Assembly (NCBI RefSeq): GCF_006345805.1
Contig: NC_043011.1
Span: forward strand, 35,166,464-35,230,463
Direction: 5' to 3'
Source: Octopus sinensis
Taxonomy: Eukaryota
DNA length: 64,000 nt
A model generated the notes under the pieces. It was not told where the DNA came from. It did not search any database and saw only the letters and a list, made by a program, of their open reading frames with translations. Positions 27,533 through 42,005 of the stretch are shown piece by piece. The translations under genes were made by a program, and so were the position numbers. Within the stretch, counting starts at the first letter, position 1, and the number at the start of each line of letters is the position of its first letter.

Positions 27533-27683
27533 AAGTAGCTTGTTTACGAACCACATGGTTCCGGGTCCAGTCCCACTGCGTGGCACCTTTGGCAAGTTTG
27601 TTCTACTATAACCTCGGGCCGACCAAAGCCTTGTGAGTGGATTTGGTTGACAGAAACTTAAAGAAGCCCGTCGTATATATATA

Positions 27684-27729
<46 letters not shown>

Positions 27730-28364
27730 ATATCGTGTGTGTGTGTGTGTGTGTGTGTTTGACCCCCCAACATCGCTTTACAACCGATGCTGGTGTGTTT
27801 ACGTCCCCGTAACATAGCAGTTCGGCAAAAGTGACCGAATAAATACTAGGCTTACAAAGAATAAGTCCTGGGGTCGATTTTCTCGACTAAAGGCGGTGCT
27901 CCGGCATGGCCACAGTCAAATGTCTGAAACAAGTAAAAGAGTCGTGTGCATATCTGTCACGTGTCTCTGCTTTAATGTACCCTATAGCTAGCATCACTGT
28001 TAACGCTTATCTGGTGACCGAAGAAAAGGTTCACAGCAACGTCGAAGCTTAAAAACTGGAAGATGTCGCTACACGCTCTCAACTCAGGCGTTTTTCAACT
28101 ATTGAATAATGGAGATTAGATATATGGAAACAGAAGAAACACACTCACCACTACCAGGAGAAGGGAAAGCAAAGGCATATACTCGGAGTAATAGCTGGCT
28201 TCACGAACCAGGCATTTACATATCTCATCGGATATGTACAGTCATCAAAGTACCCACAAGTGAACGGATAGACGTTTATTATTGGATTCAATGGCCAACT
28301 ATAAGCAAGCAAACGTTTAAAGAGCGGCAAATCGTTAACGAATAGAAGGTATTATGTGGAGAAT

Positions 28365-28590
28365 GCGGCGGTGGAGTGGTAGAGTTGGTTGAGCGTCGGA
28401 CAAATAGCATTGTAGGATTTGCTGCGATTCTCTGCGATTCTCTGCGTTCCGGACTTGAAATCCTGCGAGGTCAGCTGTGCCTTTCATCCTTTTGGGATCG
28501 ATAAAATGAAGTGACTGCTAAGTACTGAGGTCGATGGTATTCGCTACTGGGAAAACTGCTGGCCTTGTGCCTATATCCGAAATGATTATG
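28365..28590 (+). mobile_element. old SINE B-type copy
   Basis: Contains GCCTTTCATCCTTTTGGGATCGATAAAAT and the GCTGGCCTTGTGCC tail. Confidence 0.65.
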
Positions 28591-28726
28591 AAGGAGGTAT
28601 AACTGAATTTTGAGATACACTCACGGTTGTTTATAATGGAATGTCAGAATAACCCTTGTCAAACACGCTACAATGGATCTGGCTTTATACAGGGGCCATA
28701 ACGAAGAGAGTGATTGAGAGAGAGAA

Positions 28727-28778
<52 letters not shown>

Positions 28779-30368
28779 TAAGAGATGGAACGAGAGAAAG
28801 GATAATAGAGAGAGAAAGAGAGAGACTGGAAGCATTAAAAAAGGGATCGTTTACTTCTATCATCCCGATATTACTAATTCTTGAATAAAATGGCTCTCAA
28901 AACTTTAAACACCACAAATGATAAGATAAGACCCTGCACACCTCAACAACAACAGCAGCACAAATACCTTTGCTCTGAGAAAAAGACCAAAGAGACTTCG
29001 ACCAGATTATCCAGTCCAGATTAGTTTCATTCAACCACCACCACCACTGCCATTGCCAACACCCACTTTACCTCTTCTTCAATATCTTCGACCAATTTCT
29101 TGTTTCCATCATCCATAACTGATGAGAGATCCTCGACCGGGTTTTGAACTTAGCAATACGTTGGTTCAATTCACGAAAGAATTAATGAATACCCAGAGCA
29201 CATCAAAGATGAGAAGGCAGCAGGAGAGATTGGAATTATCTAATTGCCGCAGTCAACAGGAGGTTTGTGATGTGAAGTTGGCTGCTTCCGAAGCTGACAA
29301 GCTGTCCCATCATCTTTATCGTTAAGAAGAGAGAAAAGGGAGATAGAGAAATGAAGAACGAAAGAAAGAAAGACAGAAAGAAAGAAGGAAAGAAGGAAGG
29401 ACAGAAAGAAAGAAAGAAAGCGGGATCAATATATTTCCATAATGCGACCATTATTGATAGCAATCTAAATAATTACGTACTTTCATGTAAGCAGCAATGA
29501 ATGAAATGAAAGAACGAAAGATGAAGAAAAAAAGAATGAGATGAAATGAATGAATGGATACAGACTTCATTTATGATGACTAGTAGTGGGATGAGGAGCA
29601 GGAGGAGGAAGAAGAAGAGGAGGGGGTTTGCAGTGATGAAGGTGGTGGTGGTGGCGGCGGTGGTTGTAGTGGGTGGTGGTGGTTGTGATGGTGGTGGGTG
29701 CTCATAATTCGAATATACGGAGACGTGACATCAAGCATTAAGCATCCACTCCCCCACAAACACCTCCCCCACCTACGCCGCATCCCCCATTACATGACAA
29801 TTGCATGATTTGTAAAAGTACTAGAATGAAAAGTGCTCAAGAAAAATGGTCGTTATTTGCAGCCACACATAGAGACAATACTTATACACCCACACACACA
29901 CACACACACACACACATGAACACACACACATACACACACACTCATATATATATATATGCACGCACAGACACACACATATATATATGCACACACTTACACA
30001 TATATATACACACAAGTTTATACAAGATTGTATAGACATACCGTTACTTCACGTATATACACAAGTTCGCAAATATACATATATATGCATGTGTGTGCGT
30101 GCGTGTGTGCGTGCGTGTGTGCGTGTATGTGTATATACACATAAACATCTATATACATACGCATATATATATGTATGTGTGTATGTATATACATATACAT
30201 GTGTGTGTATATATATGTGTATACATATATACTACATACACACCACACACTTGGGTCTTGCGTGTATATGTCTGTAAAAGCTTGTCCAGCTAAACATTTA
30301 TTTACAAATTGCATAACTTTATACACAGGCACACACCTACAAACACATATATACATACATTAATATAT

Positions 30369-30399
<31 letters not shown>

Positions 30400-31094
30400 G
30401 ATATACATATGATATATAATATAAATATACATATATATATATATATGTATATGTATGTATGTGTATGTATGTATGTATGTATCTATGTATGTACGTAATG
30501 TATGTATGTATGTATCTATGTATGTATGTATGTATGTGTGCGTGTCCTTGTGTGTGAGGAGAGTGCGTGATCGCTATTGTATTTGGGCAAGTATATAACT
30601 TTAGGCTGACGGCAGACGATGAATAAAGCCTGAAACTATTAATGGCCGTTTAGCTTGTTTACCCAGAATGCAATGTCCAATACCCTTACAACCAGCGGAC
30701 TTCAGCACAGTAATAAAAGAAAAAAGAAAACAAAAGAACATACAGAATAAAAGAAACAAACAAAAACAAAGCATCAGCAGTAATCACAATAACAATAAAG
30801 ACGGCCATTACAATAACTACGACGACTAAACAGCGAACAAGAGACGCTACTCAGCTAAATGCTTTTTCGGAGATTTCGTTCAAAGGCAGACGATAACCGT
30901 AGTCATTAGAGGAATCAGATAAGAATGCATTATAATAGTATTTGCGGCTCTCTGTGCTTTGAGTTCAAATACCACCGCGGTTTGCTACACCTTTATTTAG
31001 TTTGGGACCGATTAAAATATAACAGCAGACCAGTGCTGGTGTAATTCTCTCATTCTTTCTTTCCTTGTGTGTTTGTTTGTTTGCGTGTGTGTGT

Positions 31095-31132
<38 letters not shown>

Positions 31133-33529
31133 ATACAACTATCACATCTTGGACGCGTCCTTGAATCACGACTGCGAGAGTCGTGAGTGTGCCTTTCTGC
31201 TCGTGACGACACGGCCACTTAAAACTGTTTGTAAAAGCATGCGACATGCTGATACCAAGTCACAGTGGATTACGAGTGACAGCTGCAATTTATGTTTTGT
31301 ACAACAGCTTAGGACTCTGAGAAGCAGCTAGTAATAACAACCCATTCTTCCTCAAATCACACCAAATAAAAGAATACAATGTATAATCAATGACGTGTAG
31401 AGACACCTTTTCGTTATACAACCTTAATATACTACAAAGAGTATTAAACGTTTCTATAAGTCAATATTGTGCTTTATTGTGCTAGTAGTGCTGTAACATC
31501 ACTTGTTAAGGTTATGTCTACAGATTTGCTATAGAAATTGTAGCCATCGCGGATTTTGTTACGACGTTTTCTAACCAAGACGCTTCATGTAACGAAATAT
31601 TGTTTCTCTTCATAGCAGCTTTCAGGAATGTCTTTAATTTGTAAAACTGGTATATTCAATAATGTTATACCGCCATATTTAATGGCTATTTGAGCAATGA
31701 GTCCGTGGTTGGTTAACGGGTTGGATAGGTGCTGATGTAGGAGCAAAACCTCTTGAAATAATGTCATGCACTCCTATTACCAATCTTTCATCTTCGATCT
31801 AATTGTTTGTTTACATTAGGTATCTCAGATACGAAAAGTTCTAACAGAATCAGTGCCGGTCATAATTTGTATGGAAAGTCTATAGAGACACCTTAACAAA
31901 CAATGTATAATGTAGTCGTGGAATACAACAAGACGTGATGGTTACGGTTGAAACATCTCTGACCATGCTACTGCTAGTCCAGCACCGAATTACTAAATAT
32001 AAAATTAATGATGGTAGTCTTTTGTAGTGCGAGAAAGACAGTTCTGCAATTTCTTGCTGGACAATCTGAGCAAATAATCAAACTTTGTAAGAAATCACAA
32101 TGAAGTGCTAAGGGACAGCATCGAAATAGACTTTACACATAGCTCTTTCGGACAGAATCATGAAACACTTGTTTACGTGGCCGACACGTGTTTCGGACTT
32201 CTTTTTATCTGTGTTTTATATTACATAAATGTTTACTAGTGCAGATTTGGAATAATAAATACTTTCGGAGTGAAATTTGGTGGACAGATCTATGTATGAA
32301 TGTATACATATACACATATCTATATATAAATATAGATATGTATGGTCGTTATATTGACGACTGTATCGGTGCGACCTCATTCTCCCCCGAACAACTAGAC
32401 TCTTTTCTCTCTTTTTGTCAAATCTTTTCATCTTGCCCTCCACTTCTGCACTATTTCCGACATCTCAGTCGCCTTTCTCGACATTTCGGTCAGCATTCAT
32501 CACTCCACTCTCACCACCTCCATCCACTACTAACACACAGATTCACACCAATACCTCAACTTTTCCTCTCACCCTTAACACACCAAACTCTTCATCCCCT
32601 AATCCCAATTCCTCCGTCTATGCAGGCTCTGTAGTGACAACCATGACTTTGAGACTCAGTCTCAACTCATAGATCGCCACTTCATCCTTTATGGATATCC
32701 CCCACCACTATCCACACCACCCTTGCCAGAGCACGTTCTGTGGACCGTGCATCTGCTCTCTCATCCTGCACCCGCCCCTCCGTCACCCGTCCCGCGTTTC
32801 CCCTCACATACAACCCATCCACCCTACCTCTACAACACACCATTCTCCGAACCTTCCGGCGACTCCAGTGCGACGCCTCCACTTCGCACATCTTCCCTAA
32901 CCGACCCCTCCGCTACTTCAAACGAGTCCACAACCTACGTGACCTCCTGGTCCTCAGTTTCTTCCCTAACCCAATCTCTTAACCTGGCTCGTTCCCCTGT
33001 TCCCGCCCACGCTGCCTCACTTGCCCTTACATCTCCAACAGGCACTCATCATCAACCCTATCATATCACTGACTCCTTCATCTGCAGTTCTAGCAACGTC
33101 ATCTACTGCATCTCCTGCTCTCTCTGTCCTCTGTATATTGTTCAAACAGGATGCCACTTGGCTGACCTGTTCGCAGAACACCTCCGAGACAATCGACTCG
33201 GCAACGACACCTAACCTCGCGCCATTTCCGCTCTACCGGTCATTCTTTACAACACCTGTCTGTGTTCGGATTGTCATTGCACAGGGGCTATCCGGACTCC
33301 CGTGTTCGCCATGAACAGGAATTAATCTTCTCTCTTCGCTCTTTTGTGCCAAATGGACTCAACTCTCCTCCCCTCTTCATCTAACCCCACTCTCTCCTAT
33401 CTTCCTCTCACGCCTCTTTCCTCCCCTCACTCCCAGCTACTTCTCCTCTCTTGCTCTGATACCTATTTTCTCTCTTAACTCCTACCCACATTCTCCCTTC
33501 CATTCTCCACATCACACACCACCACACCA

Positions 33530-33673
33530 CGTAACTGGTACTTAATTTATCAACTCCGAAGGGATGAAAGGCAAAGTCGACGTCGGCGGAATTTGAACTC
33601 AGAACGTAACGGCAGACGAAACACGGCTACGCATTTCGCCCGGCGTGCTAGCGTTTCTGCCAGCTCGCCGCCT
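33530..33673 (-). mobile_element. SINE B 5' part nested in the PLE 3' UTR
   Basis: Reverse complement of the B head and core. Confidence 0.85.
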
Positions 33674-34029
33674 CACCACACCACACCTTGCCACACCACA
33701 CCACACCTTACCACACCACACCACACACCACACACAACCATACCACACCACATCACACCACCCCGCACACACTAGCACTGACCACTTCGCAGCACCCACA
33801 CCGTCATCCAAACACTTACACATGCACACGCGCACACGTCAAGGGCACCAGCCTCTATCCACACTCATATACACGCACTCACATACGCACGCACACCTTC
33901 ATTTTGGGATCACTACTACTTTAACATCTCCCCTTCTTCCTAGCTCTCCTATCTGTCCAGCATTCGTCATGATAAATCGCTAACCACTAAAACCTTTTTT
34001 ATTCTCTCTCTGTACTTATTTCTGTGTTC

Positions 34030-34065
34030 CTTTCTGTTGAAGAGTGTAGGCTCGAAATGTAAGAG
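34030..34065 (+). ncRNA. hammerhead-like motif, family 1
   Basis: CTTT-CTGTTGA-A-GAGT GTAG GCTC-GAAA-TGT-A-AGAG. Confidence 0.5.
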
Positions 34066-34157
34066 TTTCTCACTTCTCGAGTGTTAAACTAATACATCTC
34101 TTCTTTGTTTACTCACCCGTCTTCGTCTTTTGTTTTGTTTTCTTGTAAATTCCAGCC

Positions 34158-34228
<71 letters not shown>

Positions 34229-34567
34229 TGTATGTATGTATGTATGTATGTATGTATGTATGTATGTGTGTTTGTGTGTGGTTCATAAATATGTACACAG
34301 AAATTTCATATCAGGTGTGTGTGTATACAAATGGCATGCAAACACATATGTGTGGCGCGCACACACACGCACACACACAAACACACATCTTATGTGGTAC
34401 ACGGTGAACCTGTACAGGTAATTTCGACTTGAAAGAGGAAGAGATCTTATGTGTGCACAACACAAACATTTCATCACGATAACCAAACCATCTGCGTGGT
34501 TGTTTTGCAGGAAATTGCCGAACCCTCAAGCGTCGCCTAGCAACGGGAGAGTCCATGATATATATAT

Positions 34568-34610
<43 letters not shown>

Positions 34611-36361
34611 GCACAAATATATATACAGAAATATATATGATGTGTGCGTTTGTCTGTGTGTGTGTTTGTGCATATGTGTATAATTTATGTCTGATAACTT
34701 TTGAAGATGAAATATTTTTGTAATATATGTATTTATAAATACATAAATATAATTATCTACATATGTATAAATCTATGCATGTATATAATTGAAACAGGTA
34801 TATAAACAGTCTATAAACAACATATTAAAGGCGGTTCAATATATTGTGTAGAATATGTATTTGTAAATTATCAGTTAATGACCTGACCAGCCGTTACAGA
34901 GTCATTGTGGACATCTGGAAAATTAGGGACGTGTCTTCGTGTTGTATGAATGCTCTCAATAGCGACTGTGACATTCATTAATTGTCACATAGACACACAC
35001 AACACAAAACACACATATATATACACAAACACATACATGCATGTATATATATATATACATATACTGACAGACACACACACTCATAAACACATACATAAAC
35101 ACACGCACAAACATATTCATGTATATATACACATATACAGACACACACATAAATACGTACACACACACATACATGTGTGTATGCATATGAACGTATATCT
35201 AATATGTATAAATCGCAGTATATGTGTGTATAATGACTAACACATACATATCCACAATTCTCAATCGATTTTCACCAAACTTTACGTTCACATTACTTAT
35301 CTCTCAAGGATGGTTATGCTCTGTGATATTTTGCCCAGACCTCCCGCGTAAATGAACGTAAATAGACAAATTTTTTTGTATGTAGGGTCTTCCATACTTT
35401 TTTAATCTTTTCATAAAAATGAAAGGATTTTGATTATTTATTTCTGCTGTCCACTTACGACAGTGATTCAATTGACCAGGAACACTGTACCCAATAAATA
35501 TTCAATACCAAACTATCTCAATCTACATATTTAAACTGCATTAAACTTTGGCATGCTTACCTTTACCTATTCTGAGTTACTGGAAAGGTGATGTTCTCTT
35601 CCCTCTCTTACATTTGCTGATGCCTTTGCTTACATTTGATACCGTTTTTTCACTTTAAGGATGCTTATTTACCCATCCATTATGATATTTCCACTGCTGT
35701 CCATTGTTTCAAATACGTTTTAGCTTTGTCGTTCTAGCCCTTTTTAAACAATCACAAATAATTCGTCCCAAAGAATCAACCTTTAAATAAGAGTTTTGCT
35801 TCCACTAGCGAAAGCTATACGTATCTTTCAGAAAGCTCCATATCAACTTAATTTTATGCGGCATTCGCTGTTAGTTTATGAGCAGGCTATGTGGAAAGAC
35901 AGAATAAAGGGGCTTTTGTTAGTTTATCTCTCCGAAAAAATAGCTCCCTTTGTTGTGGAATAAAATAAACACGCACAGACGAAGTTTCAACGTCTTCCCT
36001 CAATTTCCTTACACCATTTATGTAAAACATTTAATGTAAAACAGCTATATTTTGTAGTCATTATCCGTAAACTACTCCCAAAACACTTCAGTAGCTCTAC
36101 TTTGCATTGCTTGCAAACATATATGTTCTATGATCATTAAAGTGCAACGATATCTACAATAACCAGAGTTCAATTTCATTTTCCGCTCCTAGGTTAATCG
36201 GAAACATAGAGATTGCCGTACTACTCATAAACTTTCTATGAGGAAATAAGAAAGGAGATTCGTGAATTTGGATGACAAAGTTTCTGAAAACATTGTTGAG
36301 AAGATACGTGCTTACAGTGTCAAAAGCTCTATTTTCTAAGCTCAAGCACGAACACACACAC

Positions 36362-36442
<81 letters not shown>

Positions 36443-36558
36443 TACTGATGGTCTTAATTAAATCTTTTCTTTTGTTTTTGAATGCCTCAGCAGCATCCAC
36501 GAAGTGCATTCATCATTTGATCTCTGCCGTACAATAAACCCCTCATATGCTCCCTTAC

Positions 36559-36677
36559 ACAACTAGTACTTCTCATATTCCTTCGCACACTGAAACATGG
36601 CTCATAGAAGAAAGTCATTGAGAATCCTGATCTGCTAAGAATAACAGGCAAACCATTCTCATATTCTATTCTACCAC
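36559..36677 (-). CDS. candidate internal exon (weak)
   Basis: CTAAT branch-like motif, then TTGTCTTCTCTTTTTTCTCTTGAAG| acceptor and TGT|GTAAGG donor. One frame is open (GRIEYENGLPVILSRSGFSMTFFYEPC...). Confidence 0.2.
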
Positions 36678-38335
36678 CTTCAAGAGAAAAAAGAGAAGAC
36701 AAGTTATTAGTGAATGTTAGATACTACTTAGACGATAGGATGGTCAAGTTTGGAAGGGTTATGACTATATGTCTGTTCGATTAACTCTGATTTGAGGCTA
36801 AACAACAATAATACCAATAATAGCGGCAGCATTACAGCCACAACAGCAAGAACAACAATAACAAAAGCAACAACAACGACGTCGACGACAACAACAAAAA
36901 TGGCGACGACAATAACAACAGTGGCAAGATGGATAACATCAATTACAGTTGCAGCAACCAGAAAACATTAACAGCGGCAGCAGTAGCAGCAGCAGGAGAA
37001 AGAACCAACGAAGAGCAACATCAGTAACAAATCAACAAATAGACAATAAAACAACACTAGCAATAACAGCAGCAGCAGCAGCAGTAACAACAACAACAAC
37101 GACAGCAAGAACAATAAACGTAACATCAAAGCAACAAACATAACAACGATGGATATTTGGTTGCTATGTCTAGCAGGTTGAATCATCTCATAGGGTCAAC
37201 TCGGTTAAACGGTGAAGTTTTATATCTAATTCGTTGTTTATTTGCTATGCAATTCCAGTTCCATTGACATCGAGTGAACATTCCTGTACCAGTAATATAC
37301 TGAATATCTCACCTCTGTTTACTTGTTCTGTGCAAACATTAGCTTGGTGCTAATTGAAAAGAAACCAATATCCGGAGAGACAATGAAAGACGAAAGAGAA
37401 AAACAAAATGAAGCGAAAAAGAGGAGAAGGAAGAAGAATAAGTAGGAATAAGAAATAAAAGATAGGGAAAGGAAAACAATATGTAAGGAACAAAGAGCAT
37501 AAGAAGAAAGTAAGAATGTATAAATATACAACAATGAAAAGGTATAAAGTAAGATAAATTGAAAAAGAGAACTGAACATAAGGTATGTTCAGAAGAAATA
37601 AACTACAGCGAATCTGCAAATAAAACTCCAAAAGAAATAAAAAAAAAAAACAAACAAAGGAGAACAAACACACTCGGAGACGAAAATAAAATACAGAAAA
37701 CAAAACAACGAATAAAATCAATAGAAAGCGTAAGAGTATCTAAATAGAATGTATAATTCTGGGAAAATAATTTGTGGATGTGACGTAAAGCAAACAGTGT
37801 GTTTAGTTTAGAAAAATCTATTTTTCCAAATGGAAAACAATGAGGCAGACGATCAGGGGCGAATAGAAAAAAAATATGGAAGCAAAAAGGGGACAAAAAA
37901 ATCATTTGAAGTTTTTGGCGTTAAATCTGGAAAGCAAACAAGTTTATTTCGATGTTGTCTAGAAAGTAATTGATTATCTATACTAATACACTGAAGCAAA
38001 ACTAGGCTGATATTGTTGTTGTTGACAATGCTGGCCGGTATATGTTAACGGTAGATGAAACTCAATTAGCTTCTACGTATTGAAAAGTAATAATTTATTA
38101 GCCAATATTTAAGACAATGGTTTTCACTTTCTCAACGCTGACTTGAAACAGGATGGCTAAGTAGTGGAAATTTTCAATAGTCTATAGGTGCGACCATCAT
38201 AATTATCAAGAAGAGAAATTCATCTCTCTTTATCAATGTGGATGCACTGGGGAGAAGGGTATTGAAGAGAATTCAATAGTTTATTGGAAATGTAAACTCT
38301 GTCAGAACGATCATTTTAACCACCACCATGGCGAA

Positions 38336-38448
<113 letters not shown>

Positions 38449-38699
38449 GCCTTGTCTGTCTATCTATCTACCTATCTTCCCTTTACACTTCATTTTGACA
38501 TTTCTGTGATTACGATCCCTATTGATCAACTTTTTTCCTCCCCTCCCTTTTTTAAAAATCCTCCCCTTTTTTGTCCTCTTTCTTTCCTTTTACGATCCCT
38601 TTTGATCGAAAACAAACCCCCTTTTTACCCCCAAAAGAAAAGCTCTACCTTGTAATTTGTTCTGTCTGTGTGCAGCCCTGTGTGGCTAATAAAGAAGCA

Positions 38700-38772
<73 letters not shown>

Positions 38773-39281
38773 GTCTATCTATCTATCTATCTGCTTTTCA
38801 ATATACATACAAAAACACATATACAATACATATATATATATACATATACATACATGTGTGTGCGTGTGTTATTCTACGCTAAAGGAATTCGCGAACGCAG
38901 GAAGGCACTGAAGATAGTTTAGAAAATCGAGTAAGTATCCTTTAGAAGACGAGGAAGAGTGGCCAGCAAGCCACTTATAAGTTTGTTTACAAAATAGGCT
39001 CACGTTTCAAAAGCTATTACTTTGCGCTATAAAAAGGTGGTATCTGTTGTCACTAAGCTTAATGGTACAGAGCGGTCAGCCGAAATTTGAGAGATGTGGG
39101 TTTCCGTTCCCTCTGCAAACTTGCTGATCGCTCTTTTCCTTTTTTTTCGGCCCCCTAAAGAGGTATTTACCCGATTTTCTAAGCTATGTTCACAACCTTC
39201 TTGCGTTCGCGAATTCCTTTATTTTCTGTAAAATACAGACACACGCAACGCTTATAAGTTTGTTTACTCTCTCTCCCTTTT

Positions 39282-39331
<50 letters not shown>

Positions 39332-39333
39332 TA

Positions 39334-39368
<35 letters not shown>

Positions 39369-40630
39369 TACATACATTCATACACGGCGTGTGAGTAGTT
39401 GAAGACTCTTAATAATCAATATGTTACTCTATTGAAACCAATTAAAAGATGTTTACTTATTTCAGATGAGTAAATAAAATTCAAATAAAATGCTAACACA
39501 CACACACACACACACACACACAAAGGGAAATACAGGCATTTATTGTCATCATAAGCGTGGATCACAGCGATTTAGAAATTGTCAACTTTATAAATGCTGC
39601 AAAATCTTTTTTTTACACAATTTCGGGTGAAAGTGGAAGCCTTTGAATTGAGTGTTTCAATCCGGAAAAATCCAAGAAGGCCATCGCTAAAGAACTTTAA
39701 GTGTTGAAGTGGAGTATGACAACAGTGAAGTACGAGGACTTTTGATACAAGTATGCACGGCGGAGAGGACAATTCTCTTTAGCAAAGACGCAAGGAAACC
39801 GTTTGATCTGTAGTAAACGGTTACTTTACAAGGTTAAAAAAAAACTATCGAATAAAGCATCGTGATGAGAAAAACTTCGATCAAGGCCAAAAGTCTAACT
39901 GGAGAAATGACAGACGGTTATGTAGAGATCCTTCTGATATCTCCAGAGAAATGCACACAAAATTTCTAGAAACTGTAATGGTTTTAGAAGTAGTAACTCA
40001 CGTTAAACAACCTCACATACATATGCGATTGGTTTACACGATTTTTCATCTACCAGATTCACTCACAACTTATTGTTCGTTAGCCACGGCTTTAGAAACA
40101 TGGCTGCCAAATTGCATAATCATTAAATGAAATTTTTGACAGTTGTAAAAACAAAAAATTGTTACAAATTTCCCACTCCTGATTCAATAGACATAATATG
40201 AATCACAGCACAACTGGTAACCTGAGAACTTGAACAATCTGTTCTGGTTTAATGCAGCTCGGTCAGCGATATAGTACGCTCGTGGGTGTCTAAAACGGTG
40301 CCTGAAATAAACTCGCTTGTGGGAGTCGCGGTATCAGTATCTATCAAGCAATATTGCAAGGTGGGAATTTAGAAATAGTTGGAAAGCCAGATAATATGCA
40401 TTCATTATGTTCAGGAGTGATGGGATTTTTTCTATGAGAACATTTGAATATGAGAAGGGATCTGTGGATTAAAACATACTTACATTCATATATACATACA
40501 CATATAAGTGCATACATACATGCATGTATACATACACACAACACTCATACATAAATGCATACATGCATACATGCATACATACACACTATTATTATTATAT
40601 ATATATATATTATATAATATATATATATAT

Positions 40631-40666
<36 letters not shown>

Positions 40667-40689
40667 TCTATATATTATATTATACATAT

Positions 40690-42005
40690 TACATAATATG
40701 TATGTTTGTATGAGTTCATTACTAAACCTCGCTAAGATAAGTATTTATTTATGTTTAAGATCTTCAAATTGTAAATTTAATATTCTATAAGTCTTTGGTG
40801 TAATAATATTTTCCTTATGTAAATATCGTTGTTTATGAAGATCTAATTATCGTAATTTTCTATATTATTAGATATTAAATTTAAGTTTATTCGTAAGATA
40901 CTACTTAGTGATAGATTTGTTGTTTGATAGCAAGTATACGAGGTGTATAAAGTTAGGCTTTTGTATATACATGTTTTAATAGTATTAATTGTAGTTTTAA
41001 ATTTCTTATAATTAAATTAGATAAACTTTGATAAACTTAGAAATGTTTTGACTAAAGATTGGTCCAGGCCATGTCTAATTTAATAGCACAACTTAGTTAT
41101 TGTTTTTTTTTAATTGATATTCGCTAGTTATTCCCATTGATAATTATATTTATAGTATTTATAGTATTTATTCGATACTATATTACTATGAATTGATTAT
41201 TTCTATAAGTATCTTACATAAGATTTCCGAAAGTTCGTTTAAGTTTGTTTATTTGTATTTTGAAATTAGCTATTTCTCTTTAAATTTGAAAAGTTAATTT
41301 ATTAGGTTTTTATTATATGTGCATATATATTATTTATAGAGATTATTTTAGATCTTAATATAATATTTATATACATTTATATATTTTCATTGANNNNNNN
41401 NNNNNNNNNNNNNNNNNNNNNNNNNNNNNNNNNNNNNNNNNNNNNNNNNNNNNNNNNNNNNNNNNNNNNNNNNNNNNNNNNNNNNNNNNNNNNTATCTTT
41501 TCGCTAAAACCACTATCTTTTAAAGCTTTATTATAAACTGGGGCAACGCTATTGAAGATGTCCTCATTAGATGAGAGGCTAGAAATCCTCTTACTAATAT
41601 TTTTAACTAAATTTTTGAATACTATAGGGGGATGGCATGAACCTACATAATATAACTTAGTCTATCATTGGGCTTCCTATAAGGCTTATAAATATTATTA
41701 TTAAGATCTAAGGAAACGTCTAAGAAATTGACAACCATCAGGTTAGTGTCTATAGTTATACTAAGTCCGAAGTGTTTCATTAACTGGATAATTCCTTCCT
41801 AAAACGATCTTGTGCTGGTCCATTTGTATTAGCTGTTAAGGCGAGGGCATCATCTTTGTAGATGGCGAAATGTACGTTAGGGAATGTCTTACCGAAGGTA
41901 TCTAGGAGAAAGAGTCCAATTAGATCACAGATGCCTGCCCCATCATATGAACCCATGCTCACGTCTAAATACAAGGACAGAGCTTTTCGGATCATGCCCA
42001 TATGT
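40690..42005 (-). mobile_element. Penelope-like element fragment (Naiad-type RT), spanning the gap
   Basis: Minus frames read SMGSYDGAGICDLIGLFLL..YKDDAL, NFLDVSLDL..YKPYRKPND and NISKRISSLSSNEDIFNSVAPVYNKALKDSG. The left part (40690-41050) is very AT-rich and its assignment is tentative. Confidence 0.7.
41394..41493. other. assembly gap (100 N)
   Basis: Run of N. Confidence 1.

Larger units (their letters stand above)
25501..27942 (+). mobile_element. SINE A split by a 2-kb insertion (head 25501-25537, remainder 27533-27942)
   Basis: The SINE sequence stops after GGTAAGTAGCTTGCTTA and resumes at AAGTAGCTTGTTTACGAACCACATGG. Confidence 0.9.
32341..34160 (+). mobile_element. 5'-truncated Penelope-like element (RT C-terminus, GIY-YIG, long 3' UTR with hammerhead-like motif), decayed
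   Basis: Reads YGRYIDDCIGA...FKRVHNLRDLLV...YHITDSFICSSSNVIYCISCSLCPLYIVQTG..LFAEHLRD...NGLN. Begins and ends at TA-rich microsatellites. SINE B(-) is inserted at 33530-33673. Confidence 0.85.

Noticed and set aside
29115-29145. AAC-CTGATGA-like motif with GAG/CTC stem (CTGATGAGAGATCCTCGACCGGGTT)
   Set aside because: GACC replaces the essential GAAA, and there is no PLE context or second copy.
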